NCBI GenBank assembly: GCA_965231215.1
Contig: OZ246423.1
Span: forward strand, 224,001 to 288,000
Direction: 5' to 3'
Source: Candidatus Altimarinota bacterium
GTDB lineage: Bacteria; Patescibacteriota; Gracilibacteria; UBA4473
DNA length: 64,000 bases
Under the pieces are notes generated by a model. It was not told the origin of the DNA. It worked only from the letters and a program-made list of their open reading frames with translations, and made no database searches. A program made the position numbers and the translations under genes. Every line of letters starts with the position of its first letter. Positions within the stretch are counted from its first letter, which is position 1. Of the stretch, positions 9,574 through 19,050 are shown piece by piece.

Positions 9574-9650
9574 TGGTGAGCGATAGAGGATTTGAACCTC
9601 TGACCTCCTGCGAGTCAAGCAGGCGCTCTAGCCAGCTGAGCTAATCGCTC
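9574..9650 (-). tRNA. tRNA-Val(GAC)
   Basis: Cloverleaf GAGCGATTAGCTCAGCTGGCTAGAGCG-CCTGC-TTGACTC-GCAGG...GGTTCAAATCC...CACCA. Confidence 0.9.
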
Positions 9651-9766
9651 TTAACCGAGCAAAAGCGGAGAGCCGTAGGCGCGCTTTTGCGAGGAAGACG
9701 AGTTTCAAACGGAGCAGAGCGAATAAATTACAAGGTAATTTTGAGCTAGCGTAGTTTAAAACGAAG
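9651..9766. repeat. Palindromic element between tRNA-Val and tRNA-Phe, related to the trmD 127-bp unit
   Basis: TTAACCGAGCAAAAGCGGAGAGCCGTAGGCGCGCTTTTGCGAGGA aligns with TTGACCGAACAAAGGCGGAGAGCGACAGCGCGCCTGAGTGAGGA. Confidence 0.7.
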
Positions 9767-9841
9767 TGGTGGCGCGAGGTAGAATTGAACTACCGACACA
9801 AGGATTTTCAATCCTTTGCTCTACCACTGAGCTACCGCGCC
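9767..9841 (-). tRNA. tRNA-Phe(GAA)
   Basis: GGCGCGGTAGCTCAGTGGTAGAGCA-AAGGA-TTGAAAA-TCCTT...GTTCAATTC...GCCACCA. Confidence 0.95.
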
Positions 9842-9898
9842 AAATAATCAAAACAGCCAGCCGATTGTACGGAAAAAGCCATACAGGTCAAAAACAAT

Positions 9899-10447
9899 TT
9901 ACACATTCAAAATAACTACATCAGTCTTATCATCAGACAAACTTGATTTAGTAATGTTAATGGGATTTTCTTCTATATTTTTAGCGCCTGCATTTTCTAC
10001 CATTTTAGGGAAAAATCCAGCGTCTCCGCTCAAAATCACCATTCGTGGATCTACCTTATCAATAAGTTCTTTAGCCATTTTATCGTTAAAATTTTCACTC
10101 AAAGTCACCAGTCCAATATCTACACTTTCCCCTAAAGATTCAAAAAAGTCAGTTCCAGGCACCTCTTTCAGGTTCCCAAAATGCACAATGGCTATATCTT
10201 CAGCTACAACTTTATAGACAACGTTCTCACGATTATTGGTAAAAAATCCTTCCACTAAAATACCGGATATTTCAAATTCTCCCGGCAGATTCAGCACCTT
10301 CACATCCGTTGAGTCAGCCTCTTTTCTGGCCTTACTAAAGGCTATAAAATCTATTGAGCTATCTACCGCCCCTTGAGGATTTAAAATACACTCCCCTTCT
10401 TTGGCCTTAACCGCAAAGCTATCGCCGCCCATAAATTGAATTTTCAT
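9899..10447 (-). CDS. Metallo-beta-lactamase-fold protein (degenerate)
   Basis: MKIQFMG start, LPGEFEISGI, IVHFGNL, VDPRMVI pattern of the Lactamase_B_3-like family; HxHxDH not evident. Confidence 0.7.
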   Translation of the reverse strand: MKIQFMGGDSFAVKAKEGECILNPQGAVDSSIDFIAFSKARKEADSTDVKVLNLPGEFEISGILVEGFFTNNRENVVYKVVAEDIAIVHFGNLKEVPGTDFFESLGESVDIGLVTLSENFNDKMAKELIDKVDPRMVILSGDAGFFPKMVENAGAKNIEENPINITKSSLSDDKTDVVILNV

Positions 10448-10618
10448 ACTTTGTGAGTAAGTTCCGATAGATTCTAAAGATATAACATCAAATCTCAACC
10501 AAAAAAATATGGAAGTTCGAACCACCAGCAAGGTTCTTGCAAAAGGCACATTGATTAATACGATGTTGCTAGACACTTGTTTGTGACCCAAAAATTCGCA
10601 TTTTTTGAACTTTTCGAA

Positions 10619-11074
10619 ATGAAGAAAATTCTAGTAAAATCAATCCCAAACCATGAAGCTATGAAATCCGCAGCCAAAGACATTTGGGAAAATCATCTAC
10701 AACCAGAAGCTAAGTTTAGTTGTTTTTTAGAGGGCAGTCTTGGCGCTGGGAAAACTTATTTTATACGCGAAGTGCTCCACTTAGCCGGCATAACGCAGGA
10801 AATTCCCTCACCTACTTACACCCTAGTAAATGAGTATAACACAGATACAAAAAACTTTGCTCATTTTGACTTTTATAGACTGGAAGCCCCTCAGGACTTT
10901 TTTGCTCGAGGGTTTACCGATATAACCGATACCCCAAATACATGTTGTTTTGCTGAATGGACTGAAAAAATTTCTCCCGACGCAAAAGCCGCCTTCACCG
11001 GCAAAAAGTACGTAATCAAAATTGATTTTGGCATTGGCGTTGGAATGCGTAAATTAACGCTGCTCGAAGCATGA
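10619..11074 (+). CDS. tsaE: t6A biosynthesis ATPase
   Basis: LEGSLGAGKT, SPTYTLVNEY, HFDFYRL, AEW. Confidence 0.93.
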   Translation: MKKILVKSIPNHEAMKSAAKDIWENHLQPEAKFSCFLEGSLGAGKTYFIREVLHLAGITQEIPSPTYTLVNEYNTDTKNFAHFDFYRLEAPQDFFARGFTDITDTPNTCCFAEWTEKISPDAKAAFTGKKYVIKIDFGIGVGMRKLTLLEA

Positions 11075-11129
11075 AAAAATTTAGATACATAGCTGGAGTT
11101 ATCCACTGGATTAAAAAACGAAAAAAATA

Positions 11130-12110
11130 ATGATTAAAAACTTCATCCTGCTTCACGGACCAGATGATTTTCGGATTCATGACCGAAAGCAGTTTTATCT
11201 AAAAGCCTTTACTGAAAAATATCCAGACGGAGAAGTCGAGTATTTTGAAGTTAAAAGGGAATTTTCTGAACTTGAAAATGCCGTTCTAACCCCAAACCTC
11301 TTTGCCTCTAAAAGGCTTATTATTACTGAAAATTTTTGGACACCAGATAATTTTGAAACGGCTTTAGAATATGAATTTTTTACGAAAGTTTCGGAGGTTG
11401 CAGACAGCTGCAGCATTATTGCCATTGAAGGCGAATTGGACAAACGTACCAAGGTGACTAAACACCTTACACAAAACGTTTCAACTGAACATTTTGGCCT
11501 TCTAGATGAAACTCAAATCTGTGATTGGATCATTAGATTCACCGAATCAAAAGGAGGGAAAATCAGTCAAAACGAAGCTCGAATACTCTTAAACCGATGT
11601 GGTGAAAACGGCTGGAACCTTAGTCAAGAAATACAAAAATGCATCATGACCCATGAAGAAAAAATCATCACAAAAGAAAATATTGAAGCCCTAACCATTC
11701 CGCATCCAAAAGTCATTGTATGGGATTTTTTAGCCAATCTAAGCCAAAGAAAACACACTCAAGCCATAGAAAAATTTAGAACCCTCATCCATACTGGAGA
11801 ATCAGCCCATATGCTGTTTTCTATGATCGTAAGAGAAATCAGAATTCATGCACAAATCAGAGCAGGCCTAGACCAAAACCTGTCCCCAAAATCTATAGCC
11901 TCACAAACCAAACTCCACCCATTTGTCGTACAAAAAACCTGTCCCTACACCAAAAACTTTAGCCAACCTCAAATTGCCAAAATGTATGACACCCTCCTTC
12001 AAATAGACCGCAAACTAAAATCTGGAGGAATCACCGTTACCACTGATGATCAAAGCGAATTTGAACTCGCTATTGAAAAGTTCATTGTAGAAGCCTGCCA
12101 AAAAAACTAA
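11130..12110 (+). CDS. holA: DNA polymerase III delta subunit
   Basis: LLHGPD, PNLFASKRL, LSQEIQK, KLHPFVVQK, IDRKLKSG. Confidence 0.9.
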   Translation: MIKNFILLHGPDDFRIHDRKQFYLKAFTEKYPDGEVEYFEVKREFSELENAVLTPNLFASKRLIITENFWTPDNFETALEYEFFTKVSEVADSCSIIAIEGELDKRTKVTKHLTQNVSTEHFGLLDETQICDWIIRFTESKGGKISQNEARILLNRCGENGWNLSQEIQKCIMTHEEKIITKENIEALTIPHPKVIVWDFLANLSQRKHTQAIEKFRTLIHTGESAHMLFSMIVREIRIHAQIRAGLDQNLSPKSIASQTKLHPFVVQKTCPYTKNFSQPQIAKMYDTLLQIDRKLKSGGITVTTDDQSEFELAIEKFIVEACQKN

Positions 12111-12120
12111 GATACTCACA

Positions 12121-12891
12121 ATGGAAATTCAATTGGCTGCGATTATTGCGGCGGTTTACGGAATGATTTTAGGGAGTTTTTCTAGTGCGCTCATTCACAG
12201 ACTCCACTTTGATGAACCCGGCATTATTAATGGCCGGTCTAAGTGTCCAAAATGTAAAAAAACACTCACCTGGAAAAATTTAATTCCCGTCCTTTCTTGG
12301 ATTACACAAGGCGGGAAATGTCATAATTGCCAAAAACCCATCTCTGCCTTTTACCCTTTTATAGAGCTCAGCTTTGGATTTGTGTTTTACCTGTTTACCT
12401 ACAAATTTTACGGAACCGCAGACTTCATCCCAATGCTGATAGCCAGCTTCTTTTTGTTAGTGCTTTTTTACTATGACCTACTGTATATGGAGGTAGACCA
12501 GCGAATTGCTTTTCCCGCTATTGGGTTGGCTGCAATTTGGACTCTTTTCCGCGAAAGCCCAGACCTACAAACCCTCTGGATTGGAGGTTTGCTAGGGCTT
12601 TTATTTTATGCGGTTCAACACTACGGCTCTAAAGGCCGATGGGTTGGTATGGGAGATTTATACTTTGGATTGCTGCTTGGACTTTTGCTCGGTTGGAAGT
12701 GGCTACTGCTCTGCCTATTTCTGGCCTATATTATTGGAAGCCTCGTTGCCATTTACCTCATTACAGCCAAAAACTATAAAGGGAAATCTGAAGTTCCAAT
12801 GGGCGCTTTTTTAATGCCCTCAGGAATAATATTCTTGTATATGGGAGATGCCCTTTGGGCTTGGTACTGGAATAATCTTATTGTGATCTAG
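12121..12891 (+). CDS. pilD: Prepilin peptidase (A24)
   Basis: GSF, RSKCPKC, NLIPVLSW..QGGKCHNC, YD, GMGD, VPMGAFL. Confidence 0.9.
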   Translation: MEIQLAAIIAAVYGMILGSFSSALIHRLHFDEPGIINGRSKCPKCKKTLTWKNLIPVLSWITQGGKCHNCQKPISAFYPFIELSFGFVFYLFTYKFYGTADFIPMLIASFFLLVLFYYDLLYMEVDQRIAFPAIGLAAIWTLFRESPDLQTLWIGGLLGLLFYAVQHYGSKGRWVGMGDLYFGLLLGLLLGWKWLLLCLFLAYIIGSLVAIYLITAKNYKGKSEVPMGAFLMPSGIIFLYMGDALWAWYWNNLIVI

Positions 12892-12893
12892 CT

Positions 12894-13268
12894 ATGTGGA
12901 GAAATTTTAGCCTAACGGTAATCATCTTGTGCCTCAGTGGAGGGATTATCTATACGGCTATATTTAATTTGGATCCATTAGGAGAACAGGCTTTGGCTGC
13001 CTATTTAGCATTATTTTGTGGGTTATTTTTTATGAGTCTTTCTTTTTTCACGTTGTTCTTTTTCTTTGCGGCAGAGCTTTTTAGTGGGTATAAACTTGGC
13101 AATCGAAGTTTTCTTATTGCCACAAGAAGAGCGTTACTTTTGACCCTCTTTTTCTTAGCGCTTTTAGGCCTTCAGTTTTTACGGTTATTGGGCATTGAAG
13201 AAGCTATTCTTTTGGCTGTCTTTTTTGGACTTACTGAATGGATCTTTTTGACCGGGAAATATTATTAA
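12894..13268 (+). CDS. Hypothetical membrane protein
   Basis: 124 aa, about 4 TM segments, 2 nt after the prepilin peptidase stop. Confidence 0.75.
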   Translation: MWRNFSLTVIILCLSGGIIYTAIFNLDPLGEQALAAYLALFCGLFFMSLSFFTLFFFFAAELFSGYKLGNRSFLIATRRALLLTLFFLALLGLQFLRLLGIEEAILLAVFFGLTEWIFLTGKYY

Positions 13269-13328
13269 AAAATTGACAATATGAAAATTTGATTTATTCT
13301 GTATTTTTTGTATATCTTTAATTAGAAA

Positions 13329-14051
13329 ATGCAAACACTAACTACTGGCGAAAAAAACTTAGACAAACTACTTGAGGTAAGCAGCTTAGAATCTTCTGAA
13401 GGTGAAAAACGTATCCAAGCTTACAAAAATTTTTGCAAGCTAGCTTGTACCAACTTTATAGGTAATCAGCCCTCAGTATATGGAAATATTGAATATTTAA
13501 TCGAGGTAGCCTTGCAGAAATTAAACCTCGATGGCATTGAAAATAAAGACTATGAGTCTTGCCTTCAAGCAAGAAAGGTAATCGAAAGCCTCTATAGCTC
13601 TTTGTCAAAGTTTATTGATAGTAGAAATGATGCCAGTGTATTAGAGGATGTCGAAAAAAAGTACGTGGATCAAGAAGTCAGAAACGTTAGCCAACATCAG
13701 CAAAGATGTGATGGATACACCTCTATTGTCCCCGAAAGTATACAACCCACAAATATAGAGTGGGTGATTTTAAACCAAAAACACATTTTTAGGGGGAAAG
13801 ATTGCCCTAGGACTCTAACTCCAAGAGTAAGAGATGAAATGTATAAAGATAGTCGGGTATTAGAATACGAAGAAAAGCAAGCCATTATTGAAGCGGTAAG
13901 AGTGTTTATAAAAAATCTAAATCATATTAGAAATTTAGTGTTGGCCACCCTTTCTGATAAAGTTTATGAAGCAACTCGCGAAGATCGAATTGAAAGTAAT
14001 GACGATTCACTCAGAGAACAAATTCGACTTATAAACTTAGATCAAAGTTAA
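13329..14051 (+). CDS. Hypothetical protein
   Basis: 240-aa ORF with no recognisable motif. Confidence 0.65.
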   Translation: MQTLTTGEKNLDKLLEVSSLESSEGEKRIQAYKNFCKLACTNFIGNQPSVYGNIEYLIEVALQKLNLDGIENKDYESCLQARKVIESLYSSLSKFIDSRNDASVLEDVEKKYVDQEVRNVSQHQQRCDGYTSIVPESIQPTNIEWVILNQKHIFRGKDCPRTLTPRVRDEMYKDSRVLEYEEKQAIIEAVRVFIKNLNHIRNLVLATLSDKVYEATREDRIESNDDSLREQIRLINLDQS

Positions 14052-14056
14052 AAAAC

Positions 14057-14911
14057 CTAATCAAGATTCACAGTGATCCCAATCGTCTCCAAGCACTCTA
14101 GAATTTGATCTGAATCTTCGGCTTCTGATAGATCAATTAAGTCACCTACTGACAGCCTCTGCCCAATAAATGAAATAAGCTCTTTAACTTGTGCTTGATG
14201 AACTTTGTAATGATCATCAAATTCTAAGACATCACCAAACGAATGTGAGTTTTCTAAAAATGATTCTAAATCTTCTCCTAAATCAAACTCAACTCTTTTC
14301 TGTGAAATCAAATCATCGACCCAAGATAGAAAATCATATTCTTTCTCTAAATCTAATTTATCTAAAGCTAACCCAAAAGCTTCTATAACAATTTCTCTCA
14401 CTACCGAATTACAAACACTAATAGTAAGTTTAGTTCGTTCAGATACATCATCCTTAAGGCGATGGGCAAATCTAAGTCCTTCTAGAGTTACGGCTTCAAC
14501 AGGAACACTTTCATTATCTGGGTGAGAATCTTCAATAGAATCCAATTGATAATCAGCTAACACTTTTGCTAAGCCTTTCCGTCGATAATCTGGATGAACT
14601 ATGAATAAGCCCAGTTCTCCATTTTCATTTTCTTGCGGCAATTGACCACCGAGTGCGACTATTCGATTTTCAGAATTTCGAATACACGTTAAATTTGTTA
14701 AAGAATTAAGCCTGTCTCCAGCATTGCCTCCAGCAAAACGTCCAGCAGGATTGTAGGGAATATGGGTACCCCAATAATCATGATAAAAGTCTCCAACCTC
14801 AGTATAATATTCATCAAAATCCGTAAAACCAAGATAAGAATCAGCGTGCTCCACCCAAAAGGTTTCACCACCAATTTCTATAGATTTTAGCCCGTTATCA
14901 ACCTCTACCAT
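14057..14911 (-). CDS. GNAT-family acetyltransferase domain protein
   Basis: Motif A: GLFIVHPDYRRKGLAKVL. Confidence 0.7.
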   Translation of the reverse strand: MVEVDNGLKSIEIGGETFWVEHADSYLGFTDFDEYYTEVGDFYHDYWGTHIPYNPAGRFAGGNAGDRLNSLTNLTCIRNSENRIVALGGQLPQENENGELGLFIVHPDYRRKGLAKVLADYQLDSIEDSHPDNESVPVEAVTLEGLRFAHRLKDDVSERTKLTISVCNSVVREIVIEAFGLALDKLDLEKEYDFLSWVDDLISQKRVEFDLGEDLESFLENSHSFGDVLEFDDHYKVHQAQVKELISFIGQRLSVGDLIDLSEAEDSDQILECLETIGITVNLD

Positions 14912-15005
14912 CTGAGTATTATACAGTAAAAATCAAACTTAAGGAAACGAAAGTAGACAAAACAAGGAAATGTTGATATAGATAAATAAATCCACAATTA
15001 ATTCT

Positions 15006-16823
15006 ATGACAGAGCTACAAGAAGAGACATTATTTCTACAATCACTTGCTGATGATAACTTGCAGTTTATGCAAACTCCATTTGATGGAGCAGACACCTT
15101 AGCTTTTCACAGAGCTGGCCAAGATTTCCCTGTTGATAAGGCTCCAACAGAAGACATTGTCTTCAATACTCATGAGGCTATCAAAAAAGATCAGGTACTA
15201 GGACAATACTTCGTAAATCCAAAAGATGGTGACATAACCTCTGATCCTAACATATTAGTTGTTGATTCTTTTGAAGAAGTACAACGTCGAATCAACCAGG
15301 TAATTACTCCAACCATTGCCAAAAAATTAGGCCTGCATGATCCAAAACACTGGGAAATGCTTTCTAGATATGGATATGCTGAAGATGGTTTTATTGGTAT
15401 TGAATGCTATTGGAGACTTAATGAACAATTTGGAAGAGCTCATTTATGGAAAAAGAAAGGCATATTATTTAATGAAGTAAATTTAGACAGATCTGCCTAT
15501 GACAGAGAAACTATTGGATACCTATATAGAGTTTTTTGTGATTCTATAGCTTTTGAAGTTCAGGTAGTTTTAGCCCAAAATGAATCTAATATTGAAGAAA
15601 TAGAAGCCGCAGAAAGCGAAGAAAGAGAAAGAGCTCAGCAAATATTAACTCAAAGTCAGCTCGCTGCAGCAAGAAATAAAGCCGCCGCAGATAGCAGAAG
15701 ACAACACAGGGAAAGCAAACTAGAAAAAAACCTTTCCGTAGCTAGGAAGGGAAGCAAAGACATTCAAAGAGCTCAACAAAGAGGTCAAAAGGATGCGAAA
15801 CGAAGAAAAGAAAACCGAAAAACTAAACATGCAGCTGGGCAAGAAGAGAATAAATTTAATAGAGTCGCAAATGTAAATGCTGTAGAGAGTTCGAATATAG
15901 AACTACCTGAACCCGAAGTCATTAAATCTAATTATGCCGGAACAGAGTTTTACGAAAGCATAAAAGAAAAACTAAGCAGCCTTATAACTCCAGAAATAAG
16001 TGAATTAATACTCAGAGTATCAACCTGGGATAGCACCTCAATTTATAAGGCCAAAGTACTTACCCAAGAAGAAAGAGATAAACTTATGACCTGTCTAGAT
16101 GGTTATTTAGAAATCATGTCACTCATAAGCGCCAGTGAAGAAGATCTATTCCCAAGGGAAGTACTCTTTAATGAGCTAGAAAGTCATGAAGAGATTCTCG
16201 CTCTTGAATCTGTATTTGCATTTGAGCTAGCCCGAGAAAGCAAATGGCCTGAATTAATAGCTTTCAAAAGACAGCTACAGCAAGCCTCTGGATTAATAGA
16301 TACAGAATCAGAAAAAGAAGTTAACCCAGACTCAGCTATAAGCTTAAGTGAACTAGAGTTAGATATAGGGATTTTTTCCATGCAACAAGGATTAGATAGA
16401 AAAACCGAAGATGGTGAAATATTTTACCAATCAAGTTTGAGTTTAGGTTTGGCCTTTAAGAGGGTCATAGATCAGACATTCCAAAGAGATGAAATATCAC
16501 CAAAACGAAGAACTACTGTAGCTCTTAATCTACTAACTCCCTCTACCAAAGACAATTTTGAAGTAACCGAAAAGTGGCAAGAAGCTATACAAATGCATTT
16601 AGCTCATATTTTAAATGTGATCCAATACTTCGGAACCTCTTCAAGTGAAAAAGATTCCACTTTTCTCATAAAACGCCTTTGTGCGAGTAAAGGAAGGCCA
16701 AATCAAAAAGAAAGAAAACTTACCGCAATCATGGCAGGAAGAGCTAGAAACGAAGCTTCAATACAGAGTCTAAAAGACGGTTATTTAAAAGACTGTTCTG
16801 GAATAACCGATGAAGGCGTATAG
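15006..16823 (+). CDS. Hypothetical protein with a central coiled-coil/basic segment
   Basis: 605-aa ORF with a charged helical stretch at about aa 190-285. Confidence 0.7.
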   Translation: MTELQEETLFLQSLADDNLQFMQTPFDGADTLAFHRAGQDFPVDKAPTEDIVFNTHEAIKKDQVLGQYFVNPKDGDITSDPNILVVDSFEEVQRRINQVITPTIAKKLGLHDPKHWEMLSRYGYAEDGFIGIECYWRLNEQFGRAHLWKKKGILFNEVNLDRSAYDRETIGYLYRVFCDSIAFEVQVVLAQNESNIEEIEAAESEERERAQQILTQSQLAAARNKAAADSRRQHRESKLEKNLSVARKGSKDIQRAQQRGQKDAKRRKENRKTKHAAGQEENKFNRVANVNAVESSNIELPEPEVIKSNYAGTEFYESIKEKLSSLITPEISELILRVSTWDSTSIYKAKVLTQEERDKLMTCLDGYLEIMSLISASEEDLFPREVLFNELESHEEILALESVFAFELARESKWPELIAFKRQLQQASGLIDTESEKEVNPDSAISLSELELDIGIFSMQQGLDRKTEDGEIFYQSSLSLGLAFKRVIDQTFQRDEISPKRRTTVALNLLTPSTKDNFEVTEKWQEAIQMHLAHILNVIQYFGTSSSEKDSTFLIKRLCASKGRPNQKERKLTAIMAGRARNEASIQSLKDGYLKDCSGITDEGV

Positions 16824-16900
16824 AAAATTCATTTGCATAAAAAATTTGAACAACTCATTTAAAAGTTATAAGCTAAGAGCCGTACATTTTTTAGAACTTT

Positions 16901-18307
16901 ATGAGACATACAAAAATCGTTGCGACCCTCGGCCCAGCCTCCTCTAGTTATGAACAAATTGAAGCTCTCGCTAATGCTGGAGTCGATGTATTTAGACTCA
17001 ATTTTTCTCATGGGAGTCACGAGAGCCAAGGAGCACTCATAAAAAAAATAAAAAGGCTCAATCAAAAAAACGCCAAGAACTGTGCCATTATGCTTGATAC
17101 TAAAGGGCCAGAAATACGAACCGAAGACATGAAATCTCCTATCACTGTCAAAAAAGGAGAACGCATCACGCTCACCGTAGACGGAAAACCTTTTGAAGAA
17201 ACTGGGAAAATTGGAATAAATTACGATGAATTTATTGATGATGTCGAAGTAGGAGAAAAAATTTTAGTGGATAGTGGAGTCCTTAACCTCAAAGCCTTAG
17301 AAAAAACAGAGACGGACGTAATCTGTGAGGTTTTAGATGGAGGGGAAATTTCTTCACGTCGACACGTAAATCTTCCAGGAAGAGATGTATCACTTGAATC
17401 AATTACCAAAAAAGATTGGCACGATATAGATTTTGGGATTGAAATGGGAATCGATATGATTGCACTTTCCTTTGTACGAAAATCAGACGAAGTTTATGAA
17501 CTCAAAGAATATTTAAAATCAAAAAACGCCAGCAATATTGAAGTCATGTCCAAAATTGAGAGCTTCGAAGCCACTAAACATCTTGGAACCATTTGTGAAG
17601 CCTCAGACGGTATTATGGTTGCTCGTGGGGATCTTGGAGCCGAAGTTCCTTTTGAAGAAGTCCCAAAATTGCAAAGAGAAATTATTGATACAGCGGCCCA
17701 GTATGGAAGACCGGTGGTTGTAGCTACACACATGCTAGAATCTATGATTGAAAACCCCGTTCCAACCAGAGCCGAGGTAAGTGATGTAGGGACAGCTGTA
17801 TGGCAAAGAGCTGACGGCATTATGCTTTCTGGAGAAAGCGCCAATGGAGCCTACCCAGTAAAATCAGTAGAGACCATGGTAAAAATTGCTAATACCACAG
17901 AAGAACAATACTTGAATGTTCGCCCTATGAAAGACCTTCCCGCTATTAGCCCTCGAGGAGTCTTTGGCAAAACCGCCTGTCAAATGGCCGCAACGATGCC
18001 TGAGATTAAGGCTATTGTAGTCATTACCCGTAGTGGAACTACTGCCAAACTCGTCGCGAAATTTAGACCGAAAGTTCCTATTTTTGCCTTTACTAATGAG
18101 CCCCCTACAAGAAGAAAATTACAACTCGTATGGGGATGTGAAGGCTTTAGAATTGAATTTTCTTCAACTCCGCAAACCACTATTATGCGCGCCCGGGAGG
18201 CTTTCCTAAAACGATACCCAGAGTGGAAAGGCAAAAAATATGTACTCGTTTCTGACTTCCTTGTAGATAAAGAATTTGTACCAACCCTCCAAATCCGAGA
18301 GTTCTAG
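16901..18307 (+). CDS. pyk: Pyruvate kinase
   Basis: TKIVATLGPAS, RLNFSHG, DTKGPEIRT, KIES, MVARGDLG, ATHMLESM, MLSGESA. Confidence 0.97.
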   Translation: MRHTKIVATLGPASSSYEQIEALANAGVDVFRLNFSHGSHESQGALIKKIKRLNQKNAKNCAIMLDTKGPEIRTEDMKSPITVKKGERITLTVDGKPFEETGKIGINYDEFIDDVEVGEKILVDSGVLNLKALEKTETDVICEVLDGGEISSRRHVNLPGRDVSLESITKKDWHDIDFGIEMGIDMIALSFVRKSDEVYELKEYLKSKNASNIEVMSKIESFEATKHLGTICEASDGIMVARGDLGAEVPFEEVPKLQREIIDTAAQYGRPVVVATHMLESMIENPVPTRAEVSDVGTAVWQRADGIMLSGESANGAYPVKSVETMVKIANTTEEQYLNVRPMKDLPAISPRGVFGKTACQMAATMPEIKAIVVITRSGTTAKLVAKFRPKVPIFAFTNEPPTRRKLQLVWGCEGFRIEFSSTPQTTIMRAREAFLKRYPEWKGKKYVLVSDFLVDKEFVPTLQIREF

Positions 18308-18474
18308 TTTTTTGACTTCAAGTCTAAATATTCTATACAAGATTAGTCTAAAGTAACTAGAGCATAATTATTTAGGGAAATTTGAATTCCACCTTTATTC
18401 AAGCCTTTGATCGATGCCCTACTACATTTGCTAAAATCTTGATTTTACAGTCAAATAAGTCTAATATCCAATCA

Positions 18475-18849
18475 ATGAAAAACATTGTTATCCTGATCGT
18501 TTTCTTACTCGGGGTTGCCGCTCTGATTTACTGGCTCTGGTCCGATAATCAAGAAGAACAAACCTTTCAACAAGTGATTGAAGAATACAAAGACGATCCA
18601 GCCAAAGTCCCTGTTCGCCCTGTCCCAAGTGTAGATGAAGTAGAAATCGCTATTGATGAAAACGGACTCCTGCTCAAAAAACTCTACAATGAAGAACTCA
18701 ATATTCGAGTGACTGATAAGGAAGTAAAAGACGTAGAAGTCTTTGATGGCATCCTCACCTACTCTGAATACAGCGACCAAACCTGGAGCTTTAAGGCCGT
18801 AAACCTACTAGAATACATTGATCAATACCTTAAACCTTTAGAAGGGTAA
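18475..18849 (+). CDS. Hypothetical membrane-anchored protein
   Basis: Start moved to MKNIV at 18475; N-terminal TM helix. Confidence 0.7.
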   Translation: MKNIVILIVFLLGVAALIYWLWSDNQEEQTFQQVIEEYKDDPAKVPVRPVPSVDEVEIAIDENGLLLKKLYNEELNIRVTDKEVKDVEVFDGILTYSEYSDQTWSFKAVNLLEYIDQYLKPLEG

Positions 18850-18866
18850 GAACGTTCGAATCAAGC

Positions 18867-19035
18867 CCCGTCTATAAAAATTTAATAGAAAAAACGACGA
18901 GCGATTTGTAAAAAAATCCATGCATTGTGGAGCGAAGCGACTTTGGAATTTTTAGAATCCGAATCGCTATTTTTCTTCAATTTTTATAGAGGGTGGTCTT
19001 TTTTGGTTCGTTTTTTGACCAATCAAAAAATGAAC
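18867..19035 (+). repeat. 169-bp structured element, copy 1
   Basis: Long imperfect hairpin with apical GTGGAGCGAAGCGAC plus a 3' hairpin ending AAAAAATGAAC; aligns without gaps to 23828-23996. Confidence 0.9.
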
Positions 19036-19050
19036 TGTAAACTTTTTTCA

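Noticed and set aside
18925-19050. N-terminal extension of cca in the ORF track
   Set aside because: It is read-through of the 169-bp element; a -10 box sits just before ATG 19051.
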